A DNA stretch of 24,000 nucleotides from Ammoniphilus resinae (GCF_017873965.1 NZ_JAGGKT010000002.1:200312-224311), one strand, 5' to 3'. Positions 1 to 8,446 are shown, counted from the stretch's first letter. Translations and numbers: made by a program. The notes: generated by a model not told the origin, from the letters alone.

Positions 1-1
1 A

Positions 2-394
2 ACACCAAGCATTTTCTTTAATGACAATCGTTGGACTACGGTTCCTCAAGCCGTTGCGGAAGGCTTTTACCGGAACAGAGAAGAAGTACTAGAGCGCCAT
101 CAAGCAATCATTCGATCTGGAATGAAGTATGCGGTGGGAACCGACGCAACCCACGGGGAACTTCATGAAGACGTGATTTTCCTTGTAGAAATTGGTGAAA
201 AGATTTCTCGTGCACTGCAGGGCATTACCATTCATGCAGCAGAACTTTGTGAACGTGAAGATCAAATTGGTTCTATCAGTCCTGGTAAAAAAGCAGACCT
301 CGTTGCCATTAAAGGAAATCTACAAGAAAATCCCGCCGCCCTCCGTTCCATTGACTGGGTAATGAAAGGCGGAAAAACCTATCTGCAAAAGTAA
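2..394 (+). CDS. amidohydrolase-family protein, C-terminal fragment (5' end upstream of window)
   Basis: Frame 2 is open from base 2 to the TAA at 392-394. The tail ...AVGTDA...GSISPGKKADLVAIKGN...WVMKGGK is typical of metal-dependent amidohydrolases (COG1228-like). Confidence 0.7.
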   Translation, partial: TPSIFFNDNRWTTVPQAVAEGFYRNREEVLERHQAIIRSGMKYAVGTDATHGELHEDVIFLVEIGEKISRALQGITIHAAELCEREDQIGSISPGKKADLVAIKGNLQENPAALRSIDWVMKGGKTYLQK

Positions 395-484
395 AAGGAC
401 CATGATTCGGGGAAATGACCTATATGCACACTACGTCAAAGACTCCAACAGAACTTTTATATTGAAAAAATAATATAGGAGAAA

Positions 485-522
485 GCTGGTACCACTGCAA
501 TGGGTACCGGCTTTTTGTTTTT
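485..522 (+). terminator. rho-independent terminator after the amidohydrolase gene
   Basis: Stem gctggtacc / ggtaccggc (one G-U pair) with a 9-nt loop, followed by tttttgttttt. Confidence 0.7.
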
Positions 523-617
523 CTATGAATAAATACCTACAACGTTTTACTGAAAATAGTAAATTATATTTATATACAGAATTTATAGATATTAGTAGAG
601 TTAAATTATACATAACC

Positions 618-634
618 TGTCAGACACCCTGACA
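618..634. promoter_or_regulatory. candidate GntR-family operator (6-5-6 palindrome TGTCAG-acacc-CTGACA)
   Basis: Perfect 6-bp inverted repeat about 40 bp upstream of the 674 start, between an AT-rich promoter-like stretch and the RBS ggaggt. The GT...AC core resembles GntR/FadR operators, and a GntR gene lies in the same operon. Confidence 0.3.
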
Positions 635-673
635 TTCATCGTTGCAGAAGATCAACGAAATGGAGGTATTTTC

Positions 674-1999
674 ATGATTAAACAGGCACTTGAGGCGCGT
701 GAAGCAGCAGGTAAACCGATTCAGGTTGGGTTTGTAGGTTCCGGACGGATGGGGACGGGGGCGATTGTTCAGATTGGCCTAATGAAAGGAATGCGGACAA
801 GTATTATTGCCGACCTTAACGCAGAACGAGCAGTGCGCGCTTATGAGCTTTGCGGATATAAAGCCGATGATGTGGTTGTCACCAATCGCTTATTGGAAGC
901 AGCAGATGCGATACGAAAAGGTAAGCCTGTGGTTACCCAAGATGCGGATTTGCTCCCCCAATTAGAGGTGGAAGTAATCGTGGATGCGACAGGGAGCCCG
1001 GAACTTGGGGCGCGGATCGCATTCAAGTCGATTCAAGCACGCAAACATATTGTTATGCTGAATGTGGAAGGCGATGTCGTGGTTGGCCCGCTTTTACATA
1101 AGATGGCAAAGAATGCAGGTGTCGTCTACACGGTTTCCTCAGGGGATGAGCCTGGCCTCATCGCTGAATACTTTGATCGCTATACAGGGCTTGGCTTTGA
1201 GGTCGTTGCTGTGGGGAAGACACCTACAAGTCTAGGTACCTTTGATCGCTACGCAACACCGGAAAGTCTCGCTGAGGAGGCCCAGGAATTAGGTGTCAAT
1301 CCACACTTTCTTGTAACTTTCCGCGATGCTACGAAAACGATGATCGAGATGGCGAGTATCTCGAATTACACCGGACTTGTTCCTGATGTGCGGGGAATGC
1401 ACGGCCCAGTAGCAGGGATCTATGAAATACCCGAGTTGTTCCGGTTAAAAAGTGAAGGGGGGATCCTTAATCGCCGCGGTGTCATCGATTATGCCAGACC
1501 ACTTAAGACTGAGGATGGACAGATTGATTTCCTGAGAAGTGTAACGCCTGGAGTATTTTTGGTTTTACATACGGATCATCCACAAATCCAGGAGGATTTT
1601 AAATATTTCGATGTCATAGGAAAAGATGGATATTACATCATGCACACCCCTTACCATCTGGTAACGAATGAAATTCCACTTTCCATTGCTTCGGCAGCAT
1701 TATTCCAACATCCAACCATTGTTCCTGAGAAAGGACTGTTGACAGAAGTTATCGCTGCCGCGAAACGCGATATGAAGGCCGGGGAGACCATCGATGGGCA
1801 GGGTGGATCAACATTATACGCTTTGAATGATCATTACCATATCGCCAAAGAGGAAAGATTAGTTCCATTTGGCCTTCTTCCAGGAGCGAAATTACGTTGT
1901 AACGTCAAAAAGGACCAAGTCATCACCTACGATATGGTCGATCTGAAGACCGATTCAATGTTATACCATTTACGCCAGCTACAAGATGCGGGACTCTAA
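674..1999 (+). CDS. NAD(P)-binding oxidoreductase with C-terminal SAF domain (COG4091-like, homoserine-dehydrogenase-like)
   Basis: 441-aa ORF with RBS ggaggt 7 nt upstream. N-terminal Rossmann motif VGFVGSGRMG, central DATGSPE...HIVMLNVEGDVVVGP...SGDEPG block, and a C-terminal KAGETIDG SAF-like segment. Confidence 0.6.
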   Translation: MIKQALEAREAAGKPIQVGFVGSGRMGTGAIVQIGLMKGMRTSIIADLNAERAVRAYELCGYKADDVVVTNRLLEAADAIRKGKPVVTQDADLLPQLEVEVIVDATGSPELGARIAFKSIQARKHIVMLNVEGDVVVGPLLHKMAKNAGVVYTVSSGDEPGLIAEYFDRYTGLGFEVVAVGKTPTSLGTFDRYATPESLAEEAQELGVNPHFLVTFRDATKTMIEMASISNYTGLVPDVRGMHGPVAGIYEIPELFRLKSEGGILNRRGVIDYARPLKTEDGQIDFLRSVTPGVFLVLHTDHPQIQEDFKYFDVIGKDGYYIMHTPYHLVTNEIPLSIASAALFQHPTIVPEKGLLTEVIAAAKRDMKAGETIDGQGGSTLYALNDHYHIAKEERLVPFGLLPGAKLRCNVKKDQVITYDMVDLKTDSMLYHLRQLQDAGL

Positions 2000-2008
2000 A
2001 AGGGGGGA

Positions 2009-2743
2009 TTGTTTATCGCCGGCCCGGAGAAAATGATCAAAAGAATTGGACGGACAACACTTGCTAGGGAAGTCGTGAGCCAGCTCGCTGAGTTAATTTT
2101 AAAAGGGGCTTGGAAAGCTGGGGAACAGATCCCTTCGGAAAAAGAGCTGGCAACAAGCTTTGGAGTGGGGCGGTCCACCATTCGGGAGGCTTTGCAATGC
2201 TTAGTGGTTATCGGAATACTCGAAACTCGACCTGGTGGACGTTCTTATATCCAAGAACCAAACTCGGAACTTCTTTCTGGCGCTTTTCACTGGGGATTAC
2301 TATTAAGCCCACGCAATTTACATGATCTGACCGAGGTTCGAATCCATGTCGAGGTAGAATGTGCTGGACTGGCTGCGGCAAGACGCAATGAGCAGGATCT
2401 GGCAGCACTGCATGCTGCACACCAAAACGTGATCTCTGATAAAGCAGATGACGTCCGTTTTATGGAAGCCGATAACCTCTACCATAAGCGGATTGCCGAA
2501 GCTAGCAAAAACCTGATTTATGTCAATCTGGTCGGGACCATTCAATCCCTTGTGCGATTATGGTACCCTTCCGTCTATAAGATTGCCGATACAAAAGATT
2601 TCACTTTACTAGAACACGAAAAAATTTATGATGAAATCTGCTCCGGGAATGTACAGGGGGCACGGGAAGCGATGCATATTCATCTCGAATCCGCTGCTAA
2701 GAGACTTGGTCAAGTCCTTGCCCAGCAAGATCCCTCCTCATGA
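2009..2743 (+). CDS. GntR-family transcriptional regulator, FadR subfamily (wHTH + FCD domain)
   Basis: N-terminal motif PSEKELATSFGVGRSTIREAL and an all-helical C-terminal FCD-like domain. The start is ambiguous: TTG 2009 or ATG 2033 (MIKRIGR...), both with short SD spacing. Confidence 0.85.
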   Translation: MFIAGPEKMIKRIGRTTLAREVVSQLAELILKGAWKAGEQIPSEKELATSFGVGRSTIREALQCLVVIGILETRPGGRSYIQEPNSELLSGAFHWGLLLSPRNLHDLTEVRIHVEVECAGLAAARRNEQDLAALHAAHQNVISDKADDVRFMEADNLYHKRIAEASKNLIYVNLVGTIQSLVRLWYPSVYKIADTKDFTLLEHEKIYDEICSGNVQGAREAMHIHLESAAKRLGQVLAQQDPSS

Positions 2744-2808
2744 CTAAGATCTCGTCCCTCAAGAGTTGAAAGATACCCATCTATTTCAATTTAGGAGGAA
2801 CTAATTTT

Positions 2809-3843
2809 ATGAAAAAATTTCTTTTAGGATCAGTAGCCATTTCTCTTTTAGGAACGGTTCTCGGATGCAGCAGCGACACCAAGCTAGCTGCCCAGCAGCA
2901 ACCAGCCCAAGCCGGTTCCGCAGCTACCCCAAGCGCGCCAGACAAAACATATACTATTAAGTTAGGGCATGTTTTGGCGGAAACACATCCCTACCAAATT
3001 GGTGCAGAGAAATGGAAGGAATTAATTGAAGAAAAATCGAACGGCAAGATCAAAGTAGAACTCTATCATTCTTCCCAGTTGGGGGGAGAGCGCCAATTGC
3101 AAGAAGGAGTACAAGCCAACACTGTTCAGGCGGCTCTGATTGGATCTACCCTTGGGATGCTGGAACCTGCCTTTTTGATCAATGACCTGCCTTTTGTTTA
3201 CGAAAATGCTGAAGTCGCTCGAAAAAATCTAGACGGTGAATTAGGAACAAAATTGTTCTCCCTGCTCGATGATAAAGGGATTAAAGGATTGGCTTGGTGG
3301 GAACAAGGATATCGAAATGTAACCACGACGGATAAACCCGTGCGAAAACCTGAAGATTTGCAGGGATTAAAAATCCGCGTACCAGAAATCGAAACGTATA
3401 TCGATACCTTTAATACATTGGGGGCGAATGCCGTAACCATTCCCTTTGCTGAATTGTTCTCAGCGATGGAACAGGGGATTGTAGATGGCCAAGAAAACCC
3501 AGTGGCACAGATTTTCACCTCTGCTTTCTACGAAGTGCAAAAATATGTCTCGTTAACCGAGCATTTCTATGGCCCGGCTGCCCTAATTATAAGCCAGAAG
3601 TTTTATAATAATCTGCCTGAAGATTTGCAAAAGATTATCGATGAAGCATCGATTGAAGCCAGAGATTACCAAAGACAGGTTGTAACCGATCAGTCCGACC
3701 AATATGTCGCAGATCTGAAGGCAAAAGGAATGACCGTCATTGATGATGTGGATAAGGTGGCTTTTAGAGAAGCGACTAAGTCTGTTCATGAAAAGTATGC
3801 ATCGAAAATTGGGCAAGATATTTTAGATTTAGTGAAACATTAA
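2809..3843 (+). CDS. TRAP transporter substrate-binding lipoprotein, DctP family
   Basis: RBS aggagg. Lipobox LLGTVLGC at residues 13-20. Body KLGHVLAETHPY...LYHSSQLGGERQ...VDGQENP is typical of DctP-type binding proteins. Confidence 0.85.
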   Translation: MKKFLLGSVAISLLGTVLGCSSDTKLAAQQQPAQAGSAATPSAPDKTYTIKLGHVLAETHPYQIGAEKWKELIEEKSNGKIKVELYHSSQLGGERQLQEGVQANTVQAALIGSTLGMLEPAFLINDLPFVYENAEVARKNLDGELGTKLFSLLDDKGIKGLAWWEQGYRNVTTTDKPVRKPEDLQGLKIRVPEIETYIDTFNTLGANAVTIPFAELFSAMEQGIVDGQENPVAQIFTSAFYEVQKYVSLTEHFYGPAALIISQKFYNNLPEDLQKIIDEASIEARDYQRQVVTDQSDQYVADLKAKGMTVIDDVDKVAFREATKSVHEKYASKIGQDILDLVKH

Positions 3844-3871
3844 ATGTCCCAAAAAGGTATTTAATCCATGT

Positions 3872-3908
3872 AAACAGCGCCCTAAAAAAAGGTCGCTGTT
3901 TTTATTTT
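3872..3908 (+). terminator. rho-independent terminator after the TRAP binding-protein gene
   Basis: aaacagcgccc / ggtcgctgttt stem (one mismatch), A-rich loop, then tttatttt. Confidence 0.65.
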
Positions 3909-3940
3909 GACTCCGACTAAGCCTCAAGTCTTAGTCAAAA
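3905..3940. promoter_or_regulatory. candidate LiaR operator (nested palindromes) upstream of liaI
   Basis: Three nested inverted repeats: TTTTGACT...AGTCAAAA (8 bp, perfect), GACTAAG-N8-CTTAGTC (7 bp, perfect), and a 7-4-7 reading CTAAGcC-tcaa-GTCTTAG at 3917-3934. From memory the 7-4-7 form resembles the B. subtilis PliaI LiaR box (..GAC-N4-GTC..). It is centred about 55 bp upstream of a -10-like TAAGAT (3980-3985) that has a poor -35, as expected for an activator-dependent promoter. Confidence 0.45.
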
Positions 3941-4015
3941 TATACCTCAAGCTCAATTATGGTGGATGGCATTTCCCGGTAAGATAAAAGCATGAAGCCG
4001 AAAGGAGCAAAAAAT

Positions 4016-4363
4016 ATGATGAAAAAATTCCTGTTATTCGTTCTAGGTTTAGTGGCTTTGGCGGTTTTGCTGGCCAACCTGGGACCGATGGTTTTGTTAG
4101 CAGTAGGGGGGTGGTTGCTCTACGTAGTCTTTAAGAAGTTCCTGAAAACAGAGTCTACTCTCAAAAAGATTGGTCTTGTGGTCATCGGGTTAATCGTAGT
4201 TTGCATCACCCTCTCCAACATCTATGCAGTAATTGGAGTCGCCGCTGCTTATGTTCTTTACATGATTTATAAAGAGTGGAAAAGAGAACCGAAAGAAAGA
4301 GAGTTTTCGGATGATCCCTTTACCAATTTTGAAAAACAGTGGGCTGAATTGAACAAATTATAA
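4016..4363 (+). CDS. liaI: small membrane protein, LiaI-like partner/anchor of the PspA homologue
   Basis: Start revised to ATG 4016 (SD aaaggag at 4001-4007, 8-nt spacing) rather than 3992. Hydrophobic helices are followed by a charged tail. It lies immediately upstream of the pspA/liaH homologue and behind the LiaR-box-like palindrome. Confidence 0.6.
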   Translation: MMKKFLLFVLGLVALAVLLANLGPMVLLAVGGWLLYVVFKKFLKTESTLKKIGLVVIGLIVVCITLSNIYAVIGVAAAYVLYMIYKEWKREPKEREFSDDPFTNFEKQWAELNKL

Positions 4364-4382
4364 TTTTAAAGGAGTGTTTTAC

Positions 4383-5027
4383 ATGGCAAACCTATTTACC
4401 AGAATAAAAGATGTGATTTCTGCTGATTTGCATGAATTAGTCGAAGAAAAAGAACGAAAGAATCCACTTGCTGCTTTAAACCAATATTTGCGCCAGAGTG
4501 AACAAGAGACTGAGAAGGTTCGTAAACTGGTAGAACGTCAATACCGCCTTCGTGAGGAATTTAACCGAGAGTATCAGGCAGCAAAAGGGATGGCTGAGAA
4601 ACGCTTTAAGCAAGCGGAAATTGCTCAAAAAGCGGGAGAAGAGAGCATGTACCAATTTGCCATGAAGGAATTTGAAGAATATCAAAACCGCGCTAACCGG
4701 ATGAAGAGCCTCTGTGACGAAGCCGCCCAACAACTTGAATTGCTAGAACAGAAATATGAAGAAATGAAGCATCGTCTGAAGGATATGCGATTGAAGCGGA
4801 TGGAGTTGATGGGTCGGGAAAACATTGCCCGTGCTGAACATCAAATCAGCAAGGTGATGGAAGACACAGCGGATAAATCCTATTCGCGATTCGCCGAGCT
4901 TGATCGATACATCGAAGACATCGAGTTCAAAGTAAACAGCGCTTACTATCGTAGTACCTTTGACAGCAAAATCGCACAGCTGGAAAAAGAAATGAAAAAC
5001 CAAGAAAAGGTTACTGTTCAGGAATAG
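4383..5027 (+). CDS. liaH: PspA/IM30-family phage-shock-like protein (LiaH)
   Basis: Start revised to ATG 4383 (SD aaaggag at 4368-4374). N-terminus MANLFTRIKDVISADLHELVEE...NPLAALNQYLRQ and the long coiled-coil body match PspA/IM30. Context is liaI-liaH-liaFSR. Confidence 0.8.
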   Translation: MANLFTRIKDVISADLHELVEEKERKNPLAALNQYLRQSEQETEKVRKLVERQYRLREEFNREYQAAKGMAEKRFKQAEIAQKAGEESMYQFAMKEFEEYQNRANRMKSLCDEAAQQLELLEQKYEEMKHRLKDMRLKRMELMGRENIARAEHQISKVMEDTADKSYSRFAELDRYIEDIEFKVNSAYYRSTFDSKIAQLEKEMKNQEKVTVQE

Positions 5028-5039
5028 ATTTATGATATT

Positions 5040-5074
5040 CTAGAAAAAGGCGCAGGTTTTGCGCCTTTTTCTAG
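5040..5074 (+). terminator. rho-independent terminator between liaH and liaF
   Basis: Perfect palindrome ctagaaaaaggcgca-ggttt-tgcgcctttttctag. Its position parallels the internal terminator after liaH in B. subtilis. Confidence 0.75.
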
Positions 5075-5127
5075 CGAAAAGAAATCCTTAAAGGGCTATT
5101 AAGCAAGATCGGAAGGAGGAGCTCACA

Positions 5128-5856
5128 ATGTTTAATCGTCTATCAACCGAACTGGTAAATATGATTCTAATCATCGGGGTTATCCTTCTTATTATAGAAA
5201 TTGCCTTTTTCCACGGAGGATTAATTTTTTCCCTCTTTTTCTTAGGTTTGATCACTTATTTCGGATGGAAAAAATACCACCGTTTTTGGGCAAAGATTAT
5301 CTTCTGGATAGGAATTATCGGCCTTGTCATAACGATTCTCAATATGATGGCCGTACGGTTTATCTTGGTGGCAGCTATCATTCTTTTTTTAATGAACTAT
5401 TACCGTTTAAGAAAAAATCCCGAACGGATCACGCCGCAATTCCAGGAGATGAATACCGCTGATTCCGAACCGTTATTCAAGATGAAACCGCTGTTTCGCT
5501 GGCCTTTTTTCGGTGATCAAAAAACAACGGAGTCTGTTTATTCATGGCAGGATATCAATATCCATGGGGGCTATGGAAATCGAATTATCGATTTAAGCAA
5601 TACCGTACTTCCGGATGAAGCGATTATTTCGATTCGGCACTTTGTCGGAAACGTTGAGATTTATGTCCCATATGAAGTGGAGGTCAGTATTCTTCACAGT
5701 TCATTGATGGGCCGTGCACAAATCTTTGGTCATCAACAAATTAAGGTTTTTAATCAATCTTTTTTATATCAAACCGAACAATTTCACCAAAACAAACCGC
5801 GAGTAAAAATTATTACTTCGATATTGTCAGGCGATCTTGAGGTGAAAAGGATATGA
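5128..5856 (+). CDS. liaF: cell-wall-active antibiotic response protein LiaF (negative regulator of LiaS)
   Basis: RBS ggaaggagg. N-terminal transmembrane helices plus a C-terminal beta-rich domain (...GNVEIYVP...GDLEVKRI). The stop overlaps the liaS start (ATGA at 5853-5856). Confidence 0.8.
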   Translation: MFNRLSTELVNMILIIGVILLIIEIAFFHGGLIFSLFFLGLITYFGWKKYHRFWAKIIFWIGIIGLVITILNMMAVRFILVAAIILFLMNYYRLRKNPERITPQFQEMNTADSEPLFKMKPLFRWPFFGDQKTTESVYSWQDINIHGGYGNRIIDLSNTVLPDEAIISIRHFVGNVEIYVPYEVEVSILHSSLMGRAQIFGHQQIKVFNQSFLYQTEQFHQNKPRVKIITSILSGDLEVKRI

Positions 5857-6905
5857 CCATTTTTCTCAGGCACATACTGATTGGAATTTTGGTCGCCTTT
5901 TTTACAAGTCTCATTATCCTTTTGACCACCTTTGTGACTTTCCCTTTGGAAAATTGGTCTGATTTATGGGAGAAGAATCTATTCGATTTCCCCTACATTG
6001 CTCTGACTTTGCTGTCTGTCGCGGGAGTCGGGATGTTTTTCGGCATATTTTATGGACTGTTTTGGTCAGGAAAGATCCGCATGATCAACCATCAATTAGA
6101 TAGTCTGCTGAAAGGGCAGCGACTCGATCCAGAACAAACGGAACCGATCACAGAACTTAAATCAATCCACAACTTAATACACCAAATAGATGAAAAACAA
6201 ATGAAGCAAGCGGAATTATCCCAGCAGCTAGCAACCAAACGGGCGGAAGAACGAGAGAAAAGCCTGCAAGAAGTCGTCGTGCAAGAACGAAACCGGTTAG
6301 CAAGGGAACTCCACGATTCTGTCAGTCAACAGTTATTTGCTGCTTCGATGATGATCTCGGCAATGAATGAAACAACCCAGCTTGGGGAACCAAGGATCAA
6401 CAAACAGCTGGTGATGATAGAAAAGATGATTCACCAATCCCAACTGGAAATGCGGGCTTTACTCTTACACCTTCGTCCCGCGGCTCTAAAGGGGCGAACG
6501 CTGCAAGAAGGAATTCAGGAATTGCTAAAGGAGCTTGTGCAAAAGGTTTCGATGGAAGTGGAATGGAAGATGGAACCCATTCACCTGGAGAAAGGGATTG
6601 AAGACCACCTGTTTCGGATTTTGCAAGAGGCTGTTTCTAACACGTTACGCCACGCAAAAGCGAATGCACTGCACTTGTTGTTAATTGAACGCGACGGGTA
6701 CATTATTATGCGCCTAATTGATGACGGGATTGGTTTTGATGTGAATAAAGCAAATAAACCAAGTTCATACGGATTGCAAAATATGCAGGAACGCGCCCTC
6801 GAAATTGGCGGTCAATTCAAGATTGTCAGCTTGGAAAATCAAGGGACACGGATCGAGGTAAAAGTGCCTGTGATGAAAACCAAAACCGAAATTAAAGGAG
6901 GTTAG
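5853..6905 (+). CDS. liaS: sensor histidine kinase LiaS (HisKA_3 / NarL-type partner)
   Basis: Two N-terminal transmembrane helices, H-box RNRLARELHDSVSQQLFAASMM, and an ATPase domain with DDGIGF and YGLQNMQERA. Confidence 0.85.
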   Translation: MTIFLRHILIGILVAFFTSLIILLTTFVTFPLENWSDLWEKNLFDFPYIALTLLSVAGVGMFFGIFYGLFWSGKIRMINHQLDSLLKGQRLDPEQTEPITELKSIHNLIHQIDEKQMKQAELSQQLATKRAEEREKSLQEVVVQERNRLARELHDSVSQQLFAASMMISAMNETTQLGEPRINKQLVMIEKMIHQSQLEMRALLLHLRPAALKGRTLQEGIQELLKELVQKVSMEVEWKMEPIHLEKGIEDHLFRILQEAVSNTLRHAKANALHLLLIERDGYIIMRLIDDGIGFDVNKANKPSSYGLQNMQERALEIGGQFKIVSLENQGTRIEVKVPVMKTKTEIKGG

Positions 6906-6912
6906 CAAACAC

Positions 6913-7545
6913 ATGATTAAGGTATTAGTTGCCGACGACCACGAAATGGTTCGGATCGGGGTGTCTGCCTACTTGTCCGCACAACCGGATATTGAGGTCA
7001 TCGCAGAGGCCGATGACGGTGACCAAGCTGTCGAGCAGGCCCTCCAGTTAAAACCGGATATCATTTTGATGGATCTGGTAATGAAAAGAATGGATGGGAT
7101 TGAGGCGACTAAACAAATTATGGAAGTAAACCCGCAGGCAAAAATCATTATCGTCACCAGCTTCCTTGATGATGAAAAGGTCTATCCAGCATTAGAAGCA
7201 GGGGCAACGAGCTATATTTTAAAAACCTCCAAAGCTGATGAAATTGCCAAAGCGATCCGCGCGACACACCAAGGCCAAACCGTTTTAGAACCAGAAGTTA
7301 CCGGGAAAATCATGAACAGGATGCGTCAAAAAAAGGGGAATGAACCACATACCCATTTAACTGAGCGAGAGCAGGAAATCCTTTTATTGATCGCTGAGGG
7401 TAAAAATAATCAGGAAATCGCAGACCAATTATTTATTGCTCTAAAAACCGTGAAAGTCCATGTCAGCAATATTTTAGGAAAGCTTGGTGTAAACGACCGG
7501 ACCCAAGCTGCCATTTACGCATTTAAGCATGATTTGGTTGAATAA
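6913..7545 (+). CDS. liaR: response regulator LiaR (NarL/FixJ family, LuxR-type HTH)
   Basis: RBS aaaggagg. Receiver domain VLVADDHEMVR...DIILMDLVM and C-terminal LTEREQEILLLIAEGKNNQEIA...TVKVHVSNILGKL. Closely resembles my recollection of B. subtilis LiaR. Confidence 0.85.
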   Translation: MIKVLVADDHEMVRIGVSAYLSAQPDIEVIAEADDGDQAVEQALQLKPDIILMDLVMKRMDGIEATKQIMEVNPQAKIIIVTSFLDDEKVYPALEAGATSYILKTSKADEIAKAIRATHQGQTVLEPEVTGKIMNRMRQKKGNEPHTHLTEREQEILLLIAEGKNNQEIADQLFIALKTVKVHVSNILGKLGVNDRTQAAIYAFKHDLVE

Positions 7546-7546
7546 T

Positions 7547-7579
7547 AGGCTGCCGAAATGACCGGCGGCCTATTTTTTT
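7547..7579. terminator. bidirectional terminator between liaR and the convergent SASP gene
   Basis: aggctgccg-aaatgac-cggcggcct followed by attttttt. The 3' arm overlaps the SASP stop codon (cta at 7570-7572). Confidence 0.7.
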
Positions 7580-7833
7580 AGATTTTCCTGGGCAAGTCGA
7601 ACCATCTCTTTGACCATATTGCCCCCAATTTTCCCGCCAATTTTCCCCGCGTCTTTGGCCTCAAGATGTCCGTTGTATCCTTTTTGTAAAGGAATACCCA
7701 TTTCCTTCGCCACTTCATATTTCACTTCACTAGGCTGATCTACATCAATGCCATCCTTTTTCATTACAGCAGTTTTCCATTGATCAAGTGCTTCTCGAGC
7801 GCCAGGAACAAGCAAGCGATTGCGATTTGTCAT
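7570..7833 (-). CDS. alpha/beta-type small acid-soluble spore protein, atypical long form
   Basis: RBS aaaaggagg. SASP signatures LLVPGAREALDQWK, KYEVAKEMGIPL and GKIGGNMVKEMVRLAQ are all present. At 87 aa it is longer than canonical SASPs. Confidence 0.8.
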   Translation of the reverse strand: MTNRNRLLVPGAREALDQWKTAVMKKDGIDVDQPSEVKYEVAKEMGIPLQKGYNGHLEAKDAGKIGGKIGGNMVKEMVRLAQENLKK

Positions 7834-7853
7834 GGTTGCCTCCTTTTTTATAT

Positions 7854-7884
7854 TTAGAATTCCCTTTGGGGGAACAGGTATCCA
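7854..7884 (-). promoter_or_regulatory. possible forespore (sigma-G-like) promoter of the SASP gene
   Basis: On the minus strand: GGATAC-N17-ATTCTAA, then about 20 nt to the RBS. This loosely matches the -35 GnATR and -10 CAnnnTA pattern. It is a weak by-eye match only. Confidence 0.3.
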
Positions 7885-7944
7885 GAATGTGATTTCTTCC
7901 TTTGGTTAAATTAAATAAAAATCGGTTTTGAAGGAGCGATCGAC

Positions 7945-8415
7945 ATGAAAAAAATCGCCGCAATTTCCCTCACCTTCCTCCTTTCCTTATCCTTATTGGG
8001 CTGTAATGATGATCAAGAAAAGGCAAAAGGGGAGGCTAAAAAGACTGAAAAACAAACGGTTAATGGAGCGCGTGTCACAGCAAATAAGGAGAAAGACCGT
8101 CTAGTTTTCAACCATGCTGCTTCGATTAAAATAAAAGACCAATTACAGGAAGTACCCGGCCTCGATGACCCGATTGTTGTAGTTCACGGAAAAGATGCGA
8201 TTATCGCTTATCATTCCAAAGGAAATCCAAAAAAGATTGAAAAAGACGCGCAGAAAAAATTAAAAAAGGATATGCCAACATACTATCTTCACTTTGTTTC
8301 TGACCGCACTGGTTACGAAAAGGTGAAAAGGCTGTATCACGATACCATTGAGTCGGAAGGAAGACCGATCGAAAATTTAAGTGATCACTTTAATGGCATG
8401 ATTCCTAAAAGGTAA
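7945..8415 (+). CDS. YhcN/YlaJ-family sporulation lipoprotein
   Basis: RBS gaaggag. Lipobox LSLLGC. The segment ...EVPGLDDPIVVVHGKDAIIAYHS... and the C-terminal ...EKVKRLYHDTIESEGRPIENLSDHF follow the YhcN/YlaJ pattern. Confidence 0.7.
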   Translation: MKKIAAISLTFLLSLSLLGCNDDQEKAKGEAKKTEKQTVNGARVTANKEKDRLVFNHAASIKIKDQLQEVPGLDDPIVVVHGKDAIIAYHSKGNPKKIEKDAQKKLKKDMPTYYLHFVSDRTGYEKVKRLYHDTIESEGRPIENLSDHFNGMIPKR

Positions 8416-8419
8416 GAAT

Positions 8420-8446
8420 AAAAGCCCAGACCGGGCTTTTTATTTT
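8420..8446 (+). terminator. rho-independent terminator after the lipoprotein gene
   Basis: aaagccc-agacc-gggcttt followed by ttatttt. The stem is short. Confidence 0.55.

Noticed and set aside
402-473. 23-codon plus-strand ORF (MIRGNDLYAHYVKDSNRTFILKK) between the amidohydrolase stop and its terminator
   Set aside because: The aaagga motif is only 2 nt from the ATG, which is too close for a functional SD. There is no other support. I kept it only as a note.
431-613. 60-aa minus-strand ORF in the first intergenic region
   Set aside because: It lies in an AT-rich region containing a terminator and a promoter-like sequence. It has low-complexity, Leu/Ile/Phe/Tyr-rich composition and no SD, so it is likely spurious.
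3992-4015. Longer N-termini given by the ORF track for several genes (3992, 4374, 13124, 13983, 19692, 8755)
   Set aside because: In each case an internal ATG or TTG with a well-spaced SD (4016, 4383, 13076, 14007, 19710, 8776) gives an N-terminus typical of the family. The upstream start overlaps or lacks an SD.
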